Of a stretch of 64,000 bases of DNA, positions 32,226 to 42,010 are shown one piece after another; position 1 is the first letter of the stretch, and the number at the start of each line of letters is the position of its first letter. The position numbers and the translations under genes were made by a program. Origin of the DNA: Corallococcus sp. AS-1-12 (GTDB lineage: Bacteria; Myxococcota; Myxococcia; Myxococcales; Myxococcaceae); the NCBI RefSeq assembly GCF_020036995.1, contig NZ_JAIQDD010000010.1:161433-225432 (forward strand), given 5' to 3'. The notes beneath the pieces were generated by a model, which searched no databases, was not told the DNA's origin, and was given only the letters and a program-made list of their open reading frames with translations.

Positions 32226-33410
32226 ATGGACCCGCGCGTCGCCACCCTCCTGAGTCACGTCCGCGCGAACGCGGAGAACCGGCCCGGCGTGTACCGGTTC
32301 TTCGGTCCCGCAGGGGAGCTGCTCTACGTGGGCAAGTCCGTGCGGGTGCGCACGCGGCTGTTGTCGTACTTCCGCGCGGACGAGGGCGAGAAGGCCTGGG
32401 AGATCGTCGCCCAGGCGCACCAGGTGGAGTGGGAGTACACGGCCAGCGAGTTCGCGGCGCTCCTGCATGAGTTCCGCCTCATCAAGAGCCACCGGCCCCT
32501 CTACAACGTGGAGCACAAGCGCGACCGCGCGCACTGCTTCCTCCAGCTCACGCGCGAGGCCGTGCCCCGGCTGCGCGTGGTGGGCCAGCCCGGCGGCGGC
32601 GGGAGCGCGGAGTACTTCGGGCCCTTCCACGGCCGGCACACCATGGCGGACGTGGTGCGCGCGGTGAACGACCTGCTGGAGCTGCGCGACTGTCCGTCGG
32701 AGACGCCCATGCGGCTGGCGGATCAGATCCAGCTCTTCCCGCTGAAGGATGATCCGCGGTGCATGCGCGGACAGACGGCGCGGTGCCTCTCTCCGTGCGC
32801 GGGCGGGTGCACGACGGCGGAGTATCTGGCGCAGGTCGCGCTGGCTCGGGCGTTCCTCAACGGCGAGTCGGACCGGCCGCTCGTCATCCTGCGCGAGCGC
32901 ATGGCGATGGCGGCGCGGCGGCTCCAGTTCGAATACGCGGCGGAGCTGAGGGATCGCGCGGAGCGGCTGGAGAACGTGCAGGCGTGGATCGTCGAGCTGG
33001 GGCGCACGCTGCGGCGGCTGTCGCTGATCTACACGGCGCGCGGATATGACGGTGAGGACCGCACGTATGTCCTCAGGCGGGGGCGGATCCGCGCGGAGGT
33101 CCCCACGCCCCGGACGCTGGAGGAGCAGGCGGCGCTGGATGCGCGCGTGCGGGCCATCTTCGACGTGCCGGAGCCGGAGGCGATTGGCCTCCGCGCGCAG
33201 GAGGCCCAGGAGGTGATGCTCGTCGCGAAGTGGTTCCGCCTGCATCCGGAGGAGCTGGATGCAACGGTGCCTCCTCCGGCGCGGGCCGGGAGCGATGAGC
33301 CCTTCGAAGAGGCTGCGGAGGCGCGGGCCGCGCTCGCTCGCACGTTGGAGCGCACCGTGGAGGGGCCGGAGGAACCAGAGCCCGAGGGCGCCGCTGAGCC
33401 GGCGGGGTGA
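32226..33410 (+). CDS. GIY-YIG nuclease of the UvrC N-terminal type (Cho-like excinuclease)
   Basis: GVYRFFGPAGELLYVGKSVRVRTRLLSYF (GIY-YIG) plus the Cys-rich CLSPCAGGC block typical of UvrC/Cho. No UvrC C-terminal HhH/RNaseH half. Confidence 0.7.
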   Translation: MDPRVATLLSHVRANAENRPGVYRFFGPAGELLYVGKSVRVRTRLLSYFRADEGEKAWEIVAQAHQVEWEYTASEFAALLHEFRLIKSHRPLYNVEHKRDRAHCFLQLTREAVPRLRVVGQPGGGGSAEYFGPFHGRHTMADVVRAVNDLLELRDCPSETPMRLADQIQLFPLKDDPRCMRGQTARCLSPCAGGCTTAEYLAQVALARAFLNGESDRPLVILRERMAMAARRLQFEYAAELRDRAERLENVQAWIVELGRTLRRLSLIYTARGYDGEDRTYVLRRGRIRAEVPTPRTLEEQAALDARVRAIFDVPEPEAIGLRAQEAQEVMLVAKWFRLHPEELDATVPPPARAGSDEPFEEAAEARAALARTLERTVEGPEEPEPEGAAEPAG

Positions 33411-33579
33411 TGACGCCGGACACCACCCGGCGCACGGCTGTCATCAGGGGTGCGGGCCTTCGCTGCGGAGGTCAGGCTGGAAAGACAGGGGTTTGGCGTT
33501 CGCCCTGGGCGCCCCGGGCGCTGGCACGCGCCGTGCTCAAGGGACAGGCATCCCCGCTGTTCCTTCGAGGCCCTGTCCC

Positions 33580-34281
33580 ATGGCGATCTCCTCCCTGCGT
33601 CCGTCCTCCAGCCCGTGCGCGAAGCCCTCTCCCGAAGCCGCGCAGGCCCCGCGGAATGTCGTGGTGAAGGTCGTCAACCCGGATGGCTCGCACGTGAAGA
33701 CGGTGGACTCCGCGAAGCAGCCCCAGGAGTTCGCGAAGCTGCTGAAGGACATGGGCCTGACGAAGGAGGCCCTGCTGAAGGGCGAGGGCGTGAAGAGCCA
33801 CTGTCCGAAGCCCACCGGCTCGCAGAGCTTCCAGAACAACTGGAACCGCGACAGCTTCGAGCCGGCCAAGGCGCAGGGCGCGAAGGGCCCGTCCTCCGGC
33901 AAGAGCGCGGATGCGGTGGCCCAGGACATCGCGAAGGAGGCCACGTCCTGGAAGTATGACTATTCGGGCGGCAAGTCGTGGGATGCCGCCATGAAGAACG
34001 CCGGCAACTTCGACGCGTCCAAGTCCGGCGTCTGCGTGGACATGGCCATCGAGGCCGAGCAGCGCTTCGAGCAGGCCGGCGTGGACGCGCAGGTCGTCTT
34101 CGGCAATACGGACCAGGGCCTTCATGCGTGGGTGGAGTTCAAGGACGACAAGGGCCAGTTCCAGGCCTTCGACCCCACCGCCGCGGCCTGCACCAAGAAG
34201 GCCGACGACGCCATCACCCCGTATGACGGCGGCGCCTACAAGTACCAGGGCGTCACGGAGACCCACCAGGCCGTGGGCTGA
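33580..34281 (+). CDS. Transglutaminase-like domain protein (papain-like Cys-His-Asp core)
   Basis: KSGVCVDMA...HAWVEF...D spacing matches the transglutaminase-like catalytic triad. Start at the internal ATG 33580; the upstream part of the six-frame ORF is low-complexity. Confidence 0.45.
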   Translation: MAISSLRPSSSPCAKPSPEAAQAPRNVVVKVVNPDGSHVKTVDSAKQPQEFAKLLKDMGLTKEALLKGEGVKSHCPKPTGSQSFQNNWNRDSFEPAKAQGAKGPSSGKSADAVAQDIAKEATSWKYDYSGGKSWDAAMKNAGNFDASKSGVCVDMAIEAEQRFEQAGVDAQVVFGNTDQGLHAWVEFKDDKGQFQAFDPTAAACTKKADDAITPYDGGAYKYQGVTETHQAVG

Positions 34282-34852
34282 GGTTCCGGATGACGCGACA
34301 GGGATTGCCGGCGGCGAAGACATACGGGGGGATGTCCCGCGTCACCACGCTCCCCGCGCCGATGGTGGTCCCCTCGCCGATGGTGACGCCCGGGCAGATG
34401 ATGGACCCGCCGCCAATCCACACCTTGGCGCCGATGGTGATGGCGCGGCCCAGCTCCGGGCACTTGATGCGCTCATCCGGGTCCAGGGGATGCGTGGCCG
34501 CGTACACCTGCACCCCCGGGCCGAAGGACACGTCGTCGCCAATCGTCACCGTGTTGCAGTCCAGGATGACGCAGTTGAAGTTCATGAAGACGCGCTCGCC
34601 CAGCCGGATGTGCTCGCCGTAGTCGCAGAGGAACGGCGGTTCGATCCACGTCCCGGCGCCCACCTTGCCCAGAAGCTCGGCGAGCAGGCTCTCACGCAGC
34701 GGCAGCGCGTCCTCGGTGGACTGGTTGTAGGCGCGCAGGAGCTTCCGGGCGCGGATCCGCTCGGCCACCAGTTGCGGGTCGGTGGCGCTGTACAGCTCGC
34801 CCGCGAGCATCTTCTCTTTCTCGGTTCGTGCCATGCCCTGAAGGTTAGTCAT
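34253..34852 (-). CDS. Hexapeptide-repeat sugar O-acetyltransferase (maltose/galactoside O-acetyltransferase family)
   Basis: LbH repeats IGDDVSFGPGVQVY...ITIGAKVWIGGGSIICPGVTIGEGTTIGAGSVV; the N-terminal Mac domain pattern is present. Confidence 0.8.
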   Translation of the reverse strand: MTNLQGMARTEKEKMLAGELYSATDPQLVAERIRARKLLRAYNQSTEDALPLRESLLAELLGKVGAGTWIEPPFLCDYGEHIRLGERVFMNFNCVILDCNTVTIGDDVSFGPGVQVYAATHPLDPDERIKCPELGRAITIGAKVWIGGGSIICPGVTIGEGTTIGAGSVVTRDIPPYVFAAGNPCRVIRNLSPRPGGSP

Positions 34853-34929
34853 CCGTTCTCCTGGATGGTGAACAGCCCGCCTCCCGGCTGCGCGGACACG
34901 GGTGACACCGGACGGCGCGGCCAGCGAGG

Positions 34930-35712
34930 ATGCCGGCCATGAGGACTGAGCGGGTCGAGGAGACGCTGGAGCGCATCCATCGCGAGGTGGAGCGGACGCC
35001 GGACGGCGTGCTGGCCTTCGATGGCGACGGCACGCTGTGGAGCGGGGACGTGGGGGACGACCTGTTCATGGCCCTGCTGGAGCACGGCGGCGTGCGTCCC
35101 GAGGCGCGCGAGGCCCTGGAGTCGCTGGGGGCCCGCCATGGCGTGGAGGGGCATCCGGACGCGGTGACGCTGGCGCACGCGCTGTTCAAGGCGTTCGAGG
35201 CCGGGCGGCTGCCGGAGAAGGACACCTACGAGATGATGGCGTGGATCTTCGCCGGCTGGCACGCGGAGGAGCTGCGCGGCTTCGCCCACGACGTGGTGGC
35301 CCGGCGGGGCGTGGCCGGCCGCGTCCACCCGGAGGCCCGCCGCGTGGTGGAGTGGGCCCGGGGGCAGGGCGTGGACTGCTACGTGGTCAGCGCGTCGCCG
35401 CGCGCGGTGGTGGAGGCCGCCGTGCGCGAGGTGGGCATCCCGCCGGACTTCGTGGTGGCGTGCACGCCGAAGGAGCAGGGCGGACGGCTGCTCACGTCTG
35501 TCCTTGAGCCCGTGCCCTACGGCCCCGGCAAGGTGAACAGCCTGAGGCTGCGGACGGACCGGCCGCTCTACGCGGCGTTCGGAGACAACGTGTTCGACCT
35601 GGAGTTGCTCGCGGCCTCCCGCGTCCCGGTGGCCATCCGGCCCAAGGCGCGGCTGCGCGACCGTGCGGCGGAGCTGCCCGCGCTGGTGCAACTGCACCCC
35701 GAAGAGGCCTGA
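34930..35712 (+). CDS. HAD-superfamily hydrolase (subfamily IB-like)
   Basis: AFDGDGTLW motif I and VVSASPRAVV motif II; 260 aa. Confidence 0.7.
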   Translation: MPAMRTERVEETLERIHREVERTPDGVLAFDGDGTLWSGDVGDDLFMALLEHGGVRPEAREALESLGARHGVEGHPDAVTLAHALFKAFEAGRLPEKDTYEMMAWIFAGWHAEELRGFAHDVVARRGVAGRVHPEARRVVEWARGQGVDCYVVSASPRAVVEAAVREVGIPPDFVVACTPKEQGGRLLTSVLEPVPYGPGKVNSLRLRTDRPLYAAFGDNVFDLELLAASRVPVAIRPKARLRDRAAELPALVQLHPEEA

Positions 35713-35718
35713 CGCGAA

Positions 35719-35794
35719 ACGGGCGTGGAGGAAGCCTCCACGCCCGTCTCACTGAAACCTCACGCGCCGCTTCGTGGGGGACCACGAAGCGGCG
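35719..35794. terminator. Two consecutive perfect GC-rich hairpins between convergent genes (bidirectional terminator)
   Basis: ACGGGCGTGGAGG-AAG-CCTCCACGCCCGT (13-bp stem, 35719-35747) and CGCCGCTTCGTGG-GGGA-CCACGAAGCGGCG (13-bp stem, 35765-35794). They lie between the HAD stop (35712) and the OmpA-family stop (35816). Confidence 0.65.
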
Positions 35795-35815
35795 TCATGT
35801 CGGGCCCCGCGAGGG

Positions 35816-37570
35816 TCAGCCCCCCGTCACGGGGATGAACTCCACGCGGCGGTTCGCGCTGCGGCCCTCCGGCGTCTCGTTGGACACGCGCGGACGGTCG
35901 GGGCCGTAGCCCTTCGCCTCCAGCCGCGAGCCCGCGATGCCCTTCTGGATGAGGTACGCGCGCACGCGGTTCGCGCGCTGGTGGCTCAGCGTGCGGTTGG
36001 CCTCCTCCGGGCCGCTGTTGTCCGTGTGGCCTTCGATCCGGACCTTCAGCTTCGGGTTCGCCTTCAGGTAGGCCACGATGTCATCCAGTTGCTGCTGCTC
36101 GTTCTCCTGGAACTCCGACTGGTTCACCGGGAACTGGACGATGTGCTCCAGCGGCGACTTCGTCTCCTCCGCGGGCTTCTCCTCGGGAGGCGGCTGGGGC
36201 TTGGGCTCCTCGGGCTTGGGCTGCGGCTTCGCGGGGCAGCCACGCTCGGACGCGGGGCCCGCCTCGTTCGGGCAGGCGTCGTCCTTGTCCGGCACGCCGT
36301 CGCCATCCGTGTCCTTCACCGGGCAGCCGCGCTCGGAAGACGGACCGGCCTCGTTCGGGCAGGCGTCGTCCTTGTCCGGCACGCCGTCACCATCCGTGTC
36401 CTTCACGGGGCAGCCGCGCTCGGAAGACGGACCGGCTTCGTTCGGGCACTGGTCCTCGCGGTCCACCACGCCGTCGCCGTCCGTGTCCTTGTCCGGGCAG
36501 CCGTTGTTCTCCACGGAGCCGGCCTCCAGCGGGCAGCGGTCGTCCTTGTTGGCCACGCCGTCGCCGTCGTCGTCCTCGTTGGGGCACTGCTCCGGCGTGT
36601 GGCTGCGGCCGGTGCGGCAGCGGTCCACGGGCTCGGGCTCGTTCGCGTACGCGATGCCCGCGGCCAGCCGGAACGACGGCGTGCCCGGGATGTCCGTGAA
36701 GCCGTGCCCGCCGAGCGCGAAGGCCTCGAAGCCCGCCCCCACCGGCAGCCGCACGCCGCCCAGCAGCTCCAGCGCCAGGTCCGACTCCACGAGCGACTCG
36801 GCGGCCTGCAGCGCGACTTCGGCGCGCAGCCCCTTGCCGCGCGTGGCCACCACCACGCCCTGCTCCAGCTCCGTGCCGACGTCGCGGCCCGGCTCGACCT
36901 CCTTGGAGCGGATCCGGATGCCCGCGTTGGCGCCCAGCACCACGGGGCCCACTTCGCGGCTGATGGACACGCGGGGCGCGAACTGGAACCCGGCCCAGCC
37001 CGCCTGGCGGCCGAACGCGTCCGCCGTGCCCCCCGGAATCCCGATGTCCAGGCCCAGGCCCAGGAACACCGGCGCGCCTTCCTCGCGCCGCAGCAGCTCG
37101 TAGCGCACGCCCAGCTCCGGCGTGCCCAGGCCGAACGAGTCCGGCTCGCTCACGCCCACCAACTGCTCCGCGCCGTGACCGCCCTGCGCGATGATGACGG
37201 GCAGCTTCGCGGAGAACTCCAACCGGTCCACCGGCGACCACGCGCCGGCCAGCCAGCCCGCGGTGCGGTAGTGGAGGATGGAGCGCTCCAGCCCGTCACT
37301 GCCCTGGAGCAGCAGGATGCCGCGCTCGTAGTTGACCATGAGGAGCAGGCGGTAGCCGCCCTCGGGGAGCACGCGGCCGGTGTCCACCAGCATCGAGTCC
37401 GTCGCCGCTGGCGTGAAGCGCAGGCGCTCCAGGTCCAGCGGCACGAGCGGGCTCGTAGGGGTCTGCGCGAACGCGGCGGGGGTGACGGCGGTGGCCAGCA
37501 GCGCGGCCAGCGCCCAGCTCTTTGCCTTCATACGCAAGGGGAGGTCCATTCGAGAAAAGAGGGAGCGCAT
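35816..37570 (-). CDS. OmpA-family protein with thrombospondin type-3 (Ca-binding) repeats
   Basis: Repeated DTDGDGVPDKDDACPNEAGP units. C-terminal RIEGHTDNSGPEEANRTLSHQRANRVRAYL (OmpA_C). A more likely start is ATG 37531 (MKAKSWALAALLATAVTPAAFA signal peptide). Confidence 0.85.
   Translation of the reverse strand: MRSLFSRMDLPLRMKAKSWALAALLATAVTPAAFAQTPTSPLVPLDLERLRFTPAATDSMLVDTGRVLPEGGYRLLLMVNYERGILLLQGSDGLERSILHYRTAGWLAGAWSPVDRLEFSAKLPVIIAQGGHGAEQLVGVSEPDSFGLGTPELGVRYELLRREEGAPVFLGLGLDIGIPGGTADAFGRQAGWAGFQFAPRVSISREVGPVVLGANAGIRIRSKEVEPGRDVGTELEQGVVVATRGKGLRAEVALQAAESLVESDLALELLGGVRLPVGAGFEAFALGGHGFTDIPGTPSFRLAAGIAYANEPEPVDRCRTGRSHTPEQCPNEDDDGDGVANKDDRCPLEAGSVENNGCPDKDTDGDGVVDREDQCPNEAGPSSERGCPVKDTDGDGVPDKDDACPNEAGPSSERGCPVKDTDGDGVPDKDDACPNEAGPASERGCPAKPQPKPEEPKPQPPPEEKPAEETKSPLEHIVQFPVNQSEFQENEQQQLDDIVAYLKANPKLKVRIEGHTDNSGPEEANRTLSHQRANRVRAYLIQKGIAGSRLEAKGYGPDRPRVSNETPEGRSANRRVEFIPVTGG
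36234..36500. repeat. ~3 tandem 87-bp DNA repeats encoding the 29-aa TSP3 units
   Basis: Near-identical blocks ...cagccgcgctcggaagacggaccggc(c/t)tcgttcgggcaggcgtcgtccttgtccggcacgccgtc(a/g)ccatccgtgtccttcac... are visible three times. Confidence 0.7.
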
Positions 37571-37573
37571 GTC

Positions 37574-40500
37574 TCAGTTCCCCCGGGCCGGGTTCTGACG
37601 GCGACGCGACGTGCCCCAGGCCGCCAGCGCGGCGAGGAGCGCCAGCGCGGACGAGCCGCCGCCGGTGCTGTCGCAGCCACCGCCAGCGATCTCCACGACC
37701 TGCGCCTGGACCCGGACCTGGAACGTGCACTGCGCGGTGTTGCCCGCCTCATCCGTGGCGGTGACGGTGACCTGCGTGGCCCCCGGCGCGAACGCGCTGC
37801 CCGACTCGGGCGAGGACGTCACGGTGGGATTCGCCGTCACCGCGTCCGTGGCCGTGGGCGTGAACGTCACCTGCGTGTCCGGCGCCACCGTGATGTCCGC
37901 GGGGCAGGTGAGGGTGGGCGCGGTGGTGTCCTGCACCGTCACCGTGAACGTACAGGTGAGGCCGGTGGAGGTCGCGGTGACCGTCGTGGTGCCAATGGGG
38001 AAGAGCGCGCCCGACGGCTGCGAGTAGCTCACCGGGAGGCCCGCCGGCTCCAGCACCGCGGGGTCGTAGGTCACGATCGCGCCGTCCGGATCCGTCGCCT
38101 CCACGACGAGGTTCGCGGGGCAGGTGAGGGTGGGGGTCACGACGTCCTCCGTCACGTTGAGGGTGACGGTGGCGACGTTGCTGTCCGTGGCGCAGTCGCG
38201 GACGCGGTACGTGAAGCTGTCCGGGCCCACGTAGCCGGCGGCGGGCGTGTACTCGAGGTTCCCCTGCGCGCTGGTGCCCAGCGTGCCGTGCTGCGGCGGG
38301 GTGACGATCGTCCAGGTCAACACCTGCCCGACGTCCGGATCCGTGCCGGCCAGGGCGAGCGCCGTCGGCGTGTCCTTCTGGATGGTGACCGTCTGGTCCG
38401 CCGCCGTCGGGGGCTGGTTGGCGACGACCGTCACCATGCGGCCGCCGGGGATGGCGTTGGCGAAGACGGAGAGCGCGTAGGTGCCCAGCGGCACGTCGGC
38501 GGGCACGGTCACCGTCGCGCGGGTGTCGGAGGTGTTGCTGCTGGGGAGCGTCCAGAGACGCCCGCCCTCGGCGGCCTGCAGGCGCACCAGCGGGAAGTCG
38601 GTGGGCGAGTCCGCGCTGTTGCCGCCGCTTCCGCCGGAGATGCCCCGGAAGCGCTGGCCCTCCATGACGGTGGGGCAGGCGGCGACGAGGGTCGCCGGGT
38701 TCGTCACCGTGGGCTTCCAGGCGGTCTGGGCCCGGGTGTCGTCATACACCTGCGCGTTGGTGGCCTCCTGACCGCCCGCCAGCAGGACCTCGCCCGAGGA
38801 CAGGGCGACGCTGAACAGGCCTCCCGCCGCAGTGGGGTCCGCGACGTTGATCCACGCGCGGAGGAGGGGGTCATAGACCTCCGCCGTGTTGGCGTAGTCG
38901 CCATTCGTGGTGATGCCGCCCGCGGCCAGCACCTTGCCGGAGGCCATCAGCGTGGCGGTGTGCAGCCAGCGCGGCTGCGAGAGCGCGCCCACGGACGTCC
39001 AGGTGTTGGTGCCGGGCGTGTAGAGCTCCGAGGACGTGAGCTCCGTGCCGCCCGAGATGCCGCCCGCCGCGAGCACCTGGCCCGACGGCAGCAGCGTCAG
39101 CGTCAGCTCGTCCCGCGCGCCCGCGAGGCCCGCCGCCGGGGTCCAGGTGTCGTTGGCGGGGTTGTAGATCTCCGCCGAGGCCAGCGCCGTGCCACCGGCG
39201 TTGTGGCCGCCAGCGACGAGCACCCGGCCGTCATGCAGCAGCACGGCGCGGTGTCCGGCGCGCGCCGCGACGAGCGAGCCCGCCGCGGTCCACGTATTCG
39301 TGTCGGGCGCGTAGAGCTCCGCGCTGCCCAGCACCGTGGTGTTCTGCTGACCGCCGACCACGAGCACGCGGCCATCCGGCAGGAGCGTGGCGGTGTGCAG
39401 GTGGCGCGGGCTCAGCATGTTCTCGGTGGCCAGCCACGTGTTGGTGGTGGGGTCGAAGCGCTGCGCGTTGGGCGTCGAGGTGTTCACGTTGCGGCCACCC
39501 GCGACCAGGACCTGGCCCGAGCGCAGGAGGGTGGCGGTGCCCCGCTCGCGCGGCACGTCGAGGTCGGGCAGGGCGGTCCACGCGTTGCTCGCGCGGTCAT
39601 ACAGCTCCGCCGCGGGAGACGACGTGAAGAGGCCGCGGCCTCCCACGACGAGCACCTGGCCGGAGGGCAGCAGCGCCGCCGCGGAGTCGGTCCGGGGCGT
39701 GCCCATGGTGCCAGCGGGAGACCAGCGGCTCAGGGCGGGGTCGTAGACCTCCGTCTGCGCGAAGAACGTCGTCCCGGGGGTCGTGGAGAATCCGCCCGCT
39801 ATGAACACCTTGCCCGAGGGCAGCAGCGTCGCGGTGTGGTTCTCGCGGCCGACGCCCATGGTGCCGCCGGAGGTCCACGTGCCGGTGGCAGGGTCGTAGA
39901 TCTCGGCCGAGGTCAGCGCCGGCGACCCGAAGACAGAGCCGCCGGTGACGAGCACCCGGCCGTCAGGCAGCAGCGTGGCCATGTGGCCGGCGCGCGCGGA
40001 CGCGAGGCTGCCGGTCGCGGTCCAGGTGTTGGCCGCCGGATCGTAGAGCTCCGACTGGGACGTGGCGCCGCCCGCGGCGAAGCCACCCGCGACGAGCACG
40101 CGGCCGTCGGGGAGCAGGGTGCTGGTGAAGTAGTGCCGGGCCACCAGCGGGGGCGCCGCGGCGGACCAGGTGCCGGTGGCCGGATTGTAGAGGTCGGCGC
40201 CGGACACCTCTCCGCTGCCGCTGAAGCCGCTCACCACGAGCACGCGCCCATCGCGCAGCCGCGTGGCGCTGTGCGCGTTCCGGCCCACGGACATGGAGCC
40301 CGTGGCGGTGAAGGCGTTGGTCGCGGGGTCGTAGAGCTCCGCGGTCGCGAGCCGGACGCCGCCACCACCGGTGCCGCCCGCGATCAGGACCTGTCCCGTG
40401 GCCAGCAGCGTGGCCGTGGGGAGGCTGCGGGTGGAGGCCATGTTGCCCGTGCCGGACCAGGTGTTGGCCACGGGATCATAGATGCGTCCCCCCTGCGAGC

Positions 40501-40873
40501 CGTCGGTCAGCACCAGCACCTTGCCCGAGGGAAGGAGCACGGCCAGGGTGATGTTGCCCGTGAGGCTGGAGGTTCCCGCGGAGGCCCAGGTGTTGGTGGC
40601 GGGATCGTAGGTGTCCGCCGCGCTCACGAAGCCGGTCGTGTTGACGCCGTTGACGACGAGCAGCTTCCCGTTGGGTAGCAGGACGGCCGCGTGTTGCCCG
40701 CGTGGCGTCCCCATGGGAGCGGTGGCGTACCAGGCCGGCGGCGCCGCGAGACGGGCGTGAGCGGCGCGGATGCCCTCGGATGCCGCCGGGCGCTCGTTCC
40801 CGCCGCAGGACAGAAGGCCCAGGCTCGCGGCGAACAACAGGAGCCTGCTCCAGACAGCGCGTTGTGACCGCAT
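37574..40873 (-). CDS. Kelch-repeat beta-propeller protein with HYR/Ig-like domains and a C-terminal MYXO-CTERM sorting signal
   Basis: Lipoprotein-type signal (LGLLSCGG). About 20 Kelch-like blades (...LLPDGRVLVAGG...ELYDPATNTW...). A HYR-like CPANLVVEATDPDGAIVTYD block. C-terminus GGGCDSTGGGSSALALLAALAAWGTSRRR (Cys, hydrophobic stretch, Arg tail). Confidence 0.8.
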   Translation of the reverse strand: MRSQRAVWSRLLLFAASLGLLSCGGNERPAASEGIRAAHARLAAPPAWYATAPMGTPRGQHAAVLLPNGKLLVVNGVNTTGFVSAADTYDPATNTWASAGTSSLTGNITLAVLLPSGKVLVLTDGSQGGRIYDPVANTWSGTGNMASTRSLPTATLLATGQVLIAGGTGGGGVRLATAELYDPATNAFTATGSMSVGRNAHSATRLRDGRVLVVSGFSGSGEVSGADLYNPATGTWSAAAPPLVARHYFTSTLLPDGRVLVAGGFAAGGATSQSELYDPAANTWTATGSLASARAGHMATLLPDGRVLVTGGSVFGSPALTSAEIYDPATGTWTSGGTMGVGRENHTATLLPSGKVFIAGGFSTTPGTTFFAQTEVYDPALSRWSPAGTMGTPRTDSAAALLPSGQVLVVGGRGLFTSSPAAELYDRASNAWTALPDLDVPRERGTATLLRSGQVLVAGGRNVNTSTPNAQRFDPTTNTWLATENMLSPRHLHTATLLPDGRVLVVGGQQNTTVLGSAELYAPDTNTWTAAGSLVAARAGHRAVLLHDGRVLVAGGHNAGGTALASAEIYNPANDTWTPAAGLAGARDELTLTLLPSGQVLAAGGISGGTELTSSELYTPGTNTWTSVGALSQPRWLHTATLMASGKVLAAGGITTNGDYANTAEVYDPLLRAWINVADPTAAGGLFSVALSSGEVLLAGGQEATNAQVYDDTRAQTAWKPTVTNPATLVAACPTVMEGQRFRGISGGSGGNSADSPTDFPLVRLQAAEGGRLWTLPSSNTSDTRATVTVPADVPLGTYALSVFANAIPGGRMVTVVANQPPTAADQTVTIQKDTPTALALAGTDPDVGQVLTWTIVTPPQHGTLGTSAQGNLEYTPAAGYVGPDSFTYRVRDCATDSNVATVTLNVTEDVVTPTLTCPANLVVEATDPDGAIVTYDPAVLEPAGLPVSYSQPSGALFPIGTTTVTATSTGLTCTFTVTVQDTTAPTLTCPADITVAPDTQVTFTPTATDAVTANPTVTSSPESGSAFAPGATQVTVTATDEAGNTAQCTFQVRVQAQVVEIAGGGCDSTGGGSSALALLAALAAWGTSRRRQNPARGN

Positions 40874-41002
40874 CGATGAAACCCCGATCCGCGAGGGCTG
40901 GCGCGACCACGACCGTCGGCCCGCCGCTCGACGTGAACACTCCGGGTTGCGGATTATCAGTGCGCCGGGTGCTGGGGCAATGCGTTAAAGAATCCGGTGT
41001 GG

Positions 41003-42010
41003 TTACCCATCACGTGGGTCGTAGACCTTCTCGGGAGGGGCCTCCAGGAAGCGGCGCCACCAGAGACGGGCCTCCTCGTCGGTGTAGCCGTCCCAGGTGT
41101 TGACGTGGGGGAAGGGCAGGAGCCAGGGCTCCAGGAACCGGGCCAGCTCGCGATACGCCGGCAGGGTCTCACCCAGCTTCGTGTCCCCCGCGAGCGGCGC
41201 GGGCCCCAGGCTGATCAGGGCGCGGCCTCCGGTGAGCTCCTGGACGGAGGTCTCCGGATGGCTCAGGTGGGAGCGGAGCGCCTGGAGGCCGCCCACGGTT
41301 TCAAGGAGGGGTGGGCCCAGGAAGTTCAGCCAGTGGATGCCGTCAACCTGGGGGCCCATGTCCATGGACGTTCCTGCCGCGGGCACAGCCCAGCCGGGAT
41401 GGCGGAGCAGGTCCGCCTTGAGCAAGGGAAGGGACTTCCAGAATGCTCTTGATGAGGCGAAGGACAGCCCGGCATGGGCCGTCGAGAACGGGAGGGAGCC
41501 GGCAAGCTCCAGGGCCAGTTCACGCAGCCGTGACGCGCCTTGCTCTTCTAGAAACCGGAGGGGCACGTGGACGCTCAAGACGCTGAGCATTCTTGCGCTG
41601 GGATTGCGCCAGGGCAGCCGGGAGCGATAGCGGAACTCGTAGCCGCTCGAATCGGATTCGTCGCCCGTCAGGCGCACGTTGGCGTCGAACCGTCTCCGGG
41701 TCAGGATGTCGAACCAGAGGGAGTCTCGCGGCAGGTCGTCCAGGAAGTCATCGGTCGGCGCCGCGCCGAGTCGTTCGCGCAGTTCCTCCCAGACGCTTGG
41801 CGTGAGCGGCGAAGGGTCGCCATCCGCGTCCCAGGTGGTGGTCAGCCTTCCGGAGTCTGGCCCCAGGGTTCGAAGGTAGACGTCGAGTGCGTGGACCACC
41901 GAGGCCGCGATCCTGCCGTGGTCGTGAGGCATGAAGAAATCAAAGCCCACCACGGGTTGGACCGTCGGAATGCCGGCGCCAGGAGGTTGCCGAGCCAGCG
42001 GCTCATCCAC
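41003..42010 (-). CDS. Hypothetical cytoplasmic protein, putative immunity partner of the upstream lipoprotein nuclease
   Basis: GTG start overlapping the upstream stop by 8 nt (GTGGATGA). No signal peptide, no recognisable domain. 335 aa. Confidence 0.45.
   Translation of the reverse strand: MDEPLARQPPGAGIPTVQPVVGFDFFMPHDHGRIAASVVHALDVYLRTLGPDSGRLTTTWDADGDPSPLTPSVWEELRERLGAAPTDDFLDDLPRDSLWFDILTRRRFDANVRLTGDESDSSGYEFRYRSRLPWRNPSARMLSVLSVHVPLRFLEEQGASRLRELALELAGSLPFSTAHAGLSFASSRAFWKSLPLLKADLLRHPGWAVPAAGTSMDMGPQVDGIHWLNFLGPPLLETVGGLQALRSHLSHPETSVQELTGGRALISLGPAPLAGDTKLGETLPAYRELARFLEPWLLPFPHVNTWDGYTDEEARLWWRRFLEAPPEKVYDPRDG

Noticed and set aside
35774-40678. 1634-aa plus-strand ORF
   Set aside because: Antisense to the OmpA/TSP3 and Kelch genes. 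Its translation is dominated by R/G/A/V runs. The minus-strand genes have signal peptides and recognisable repeats.
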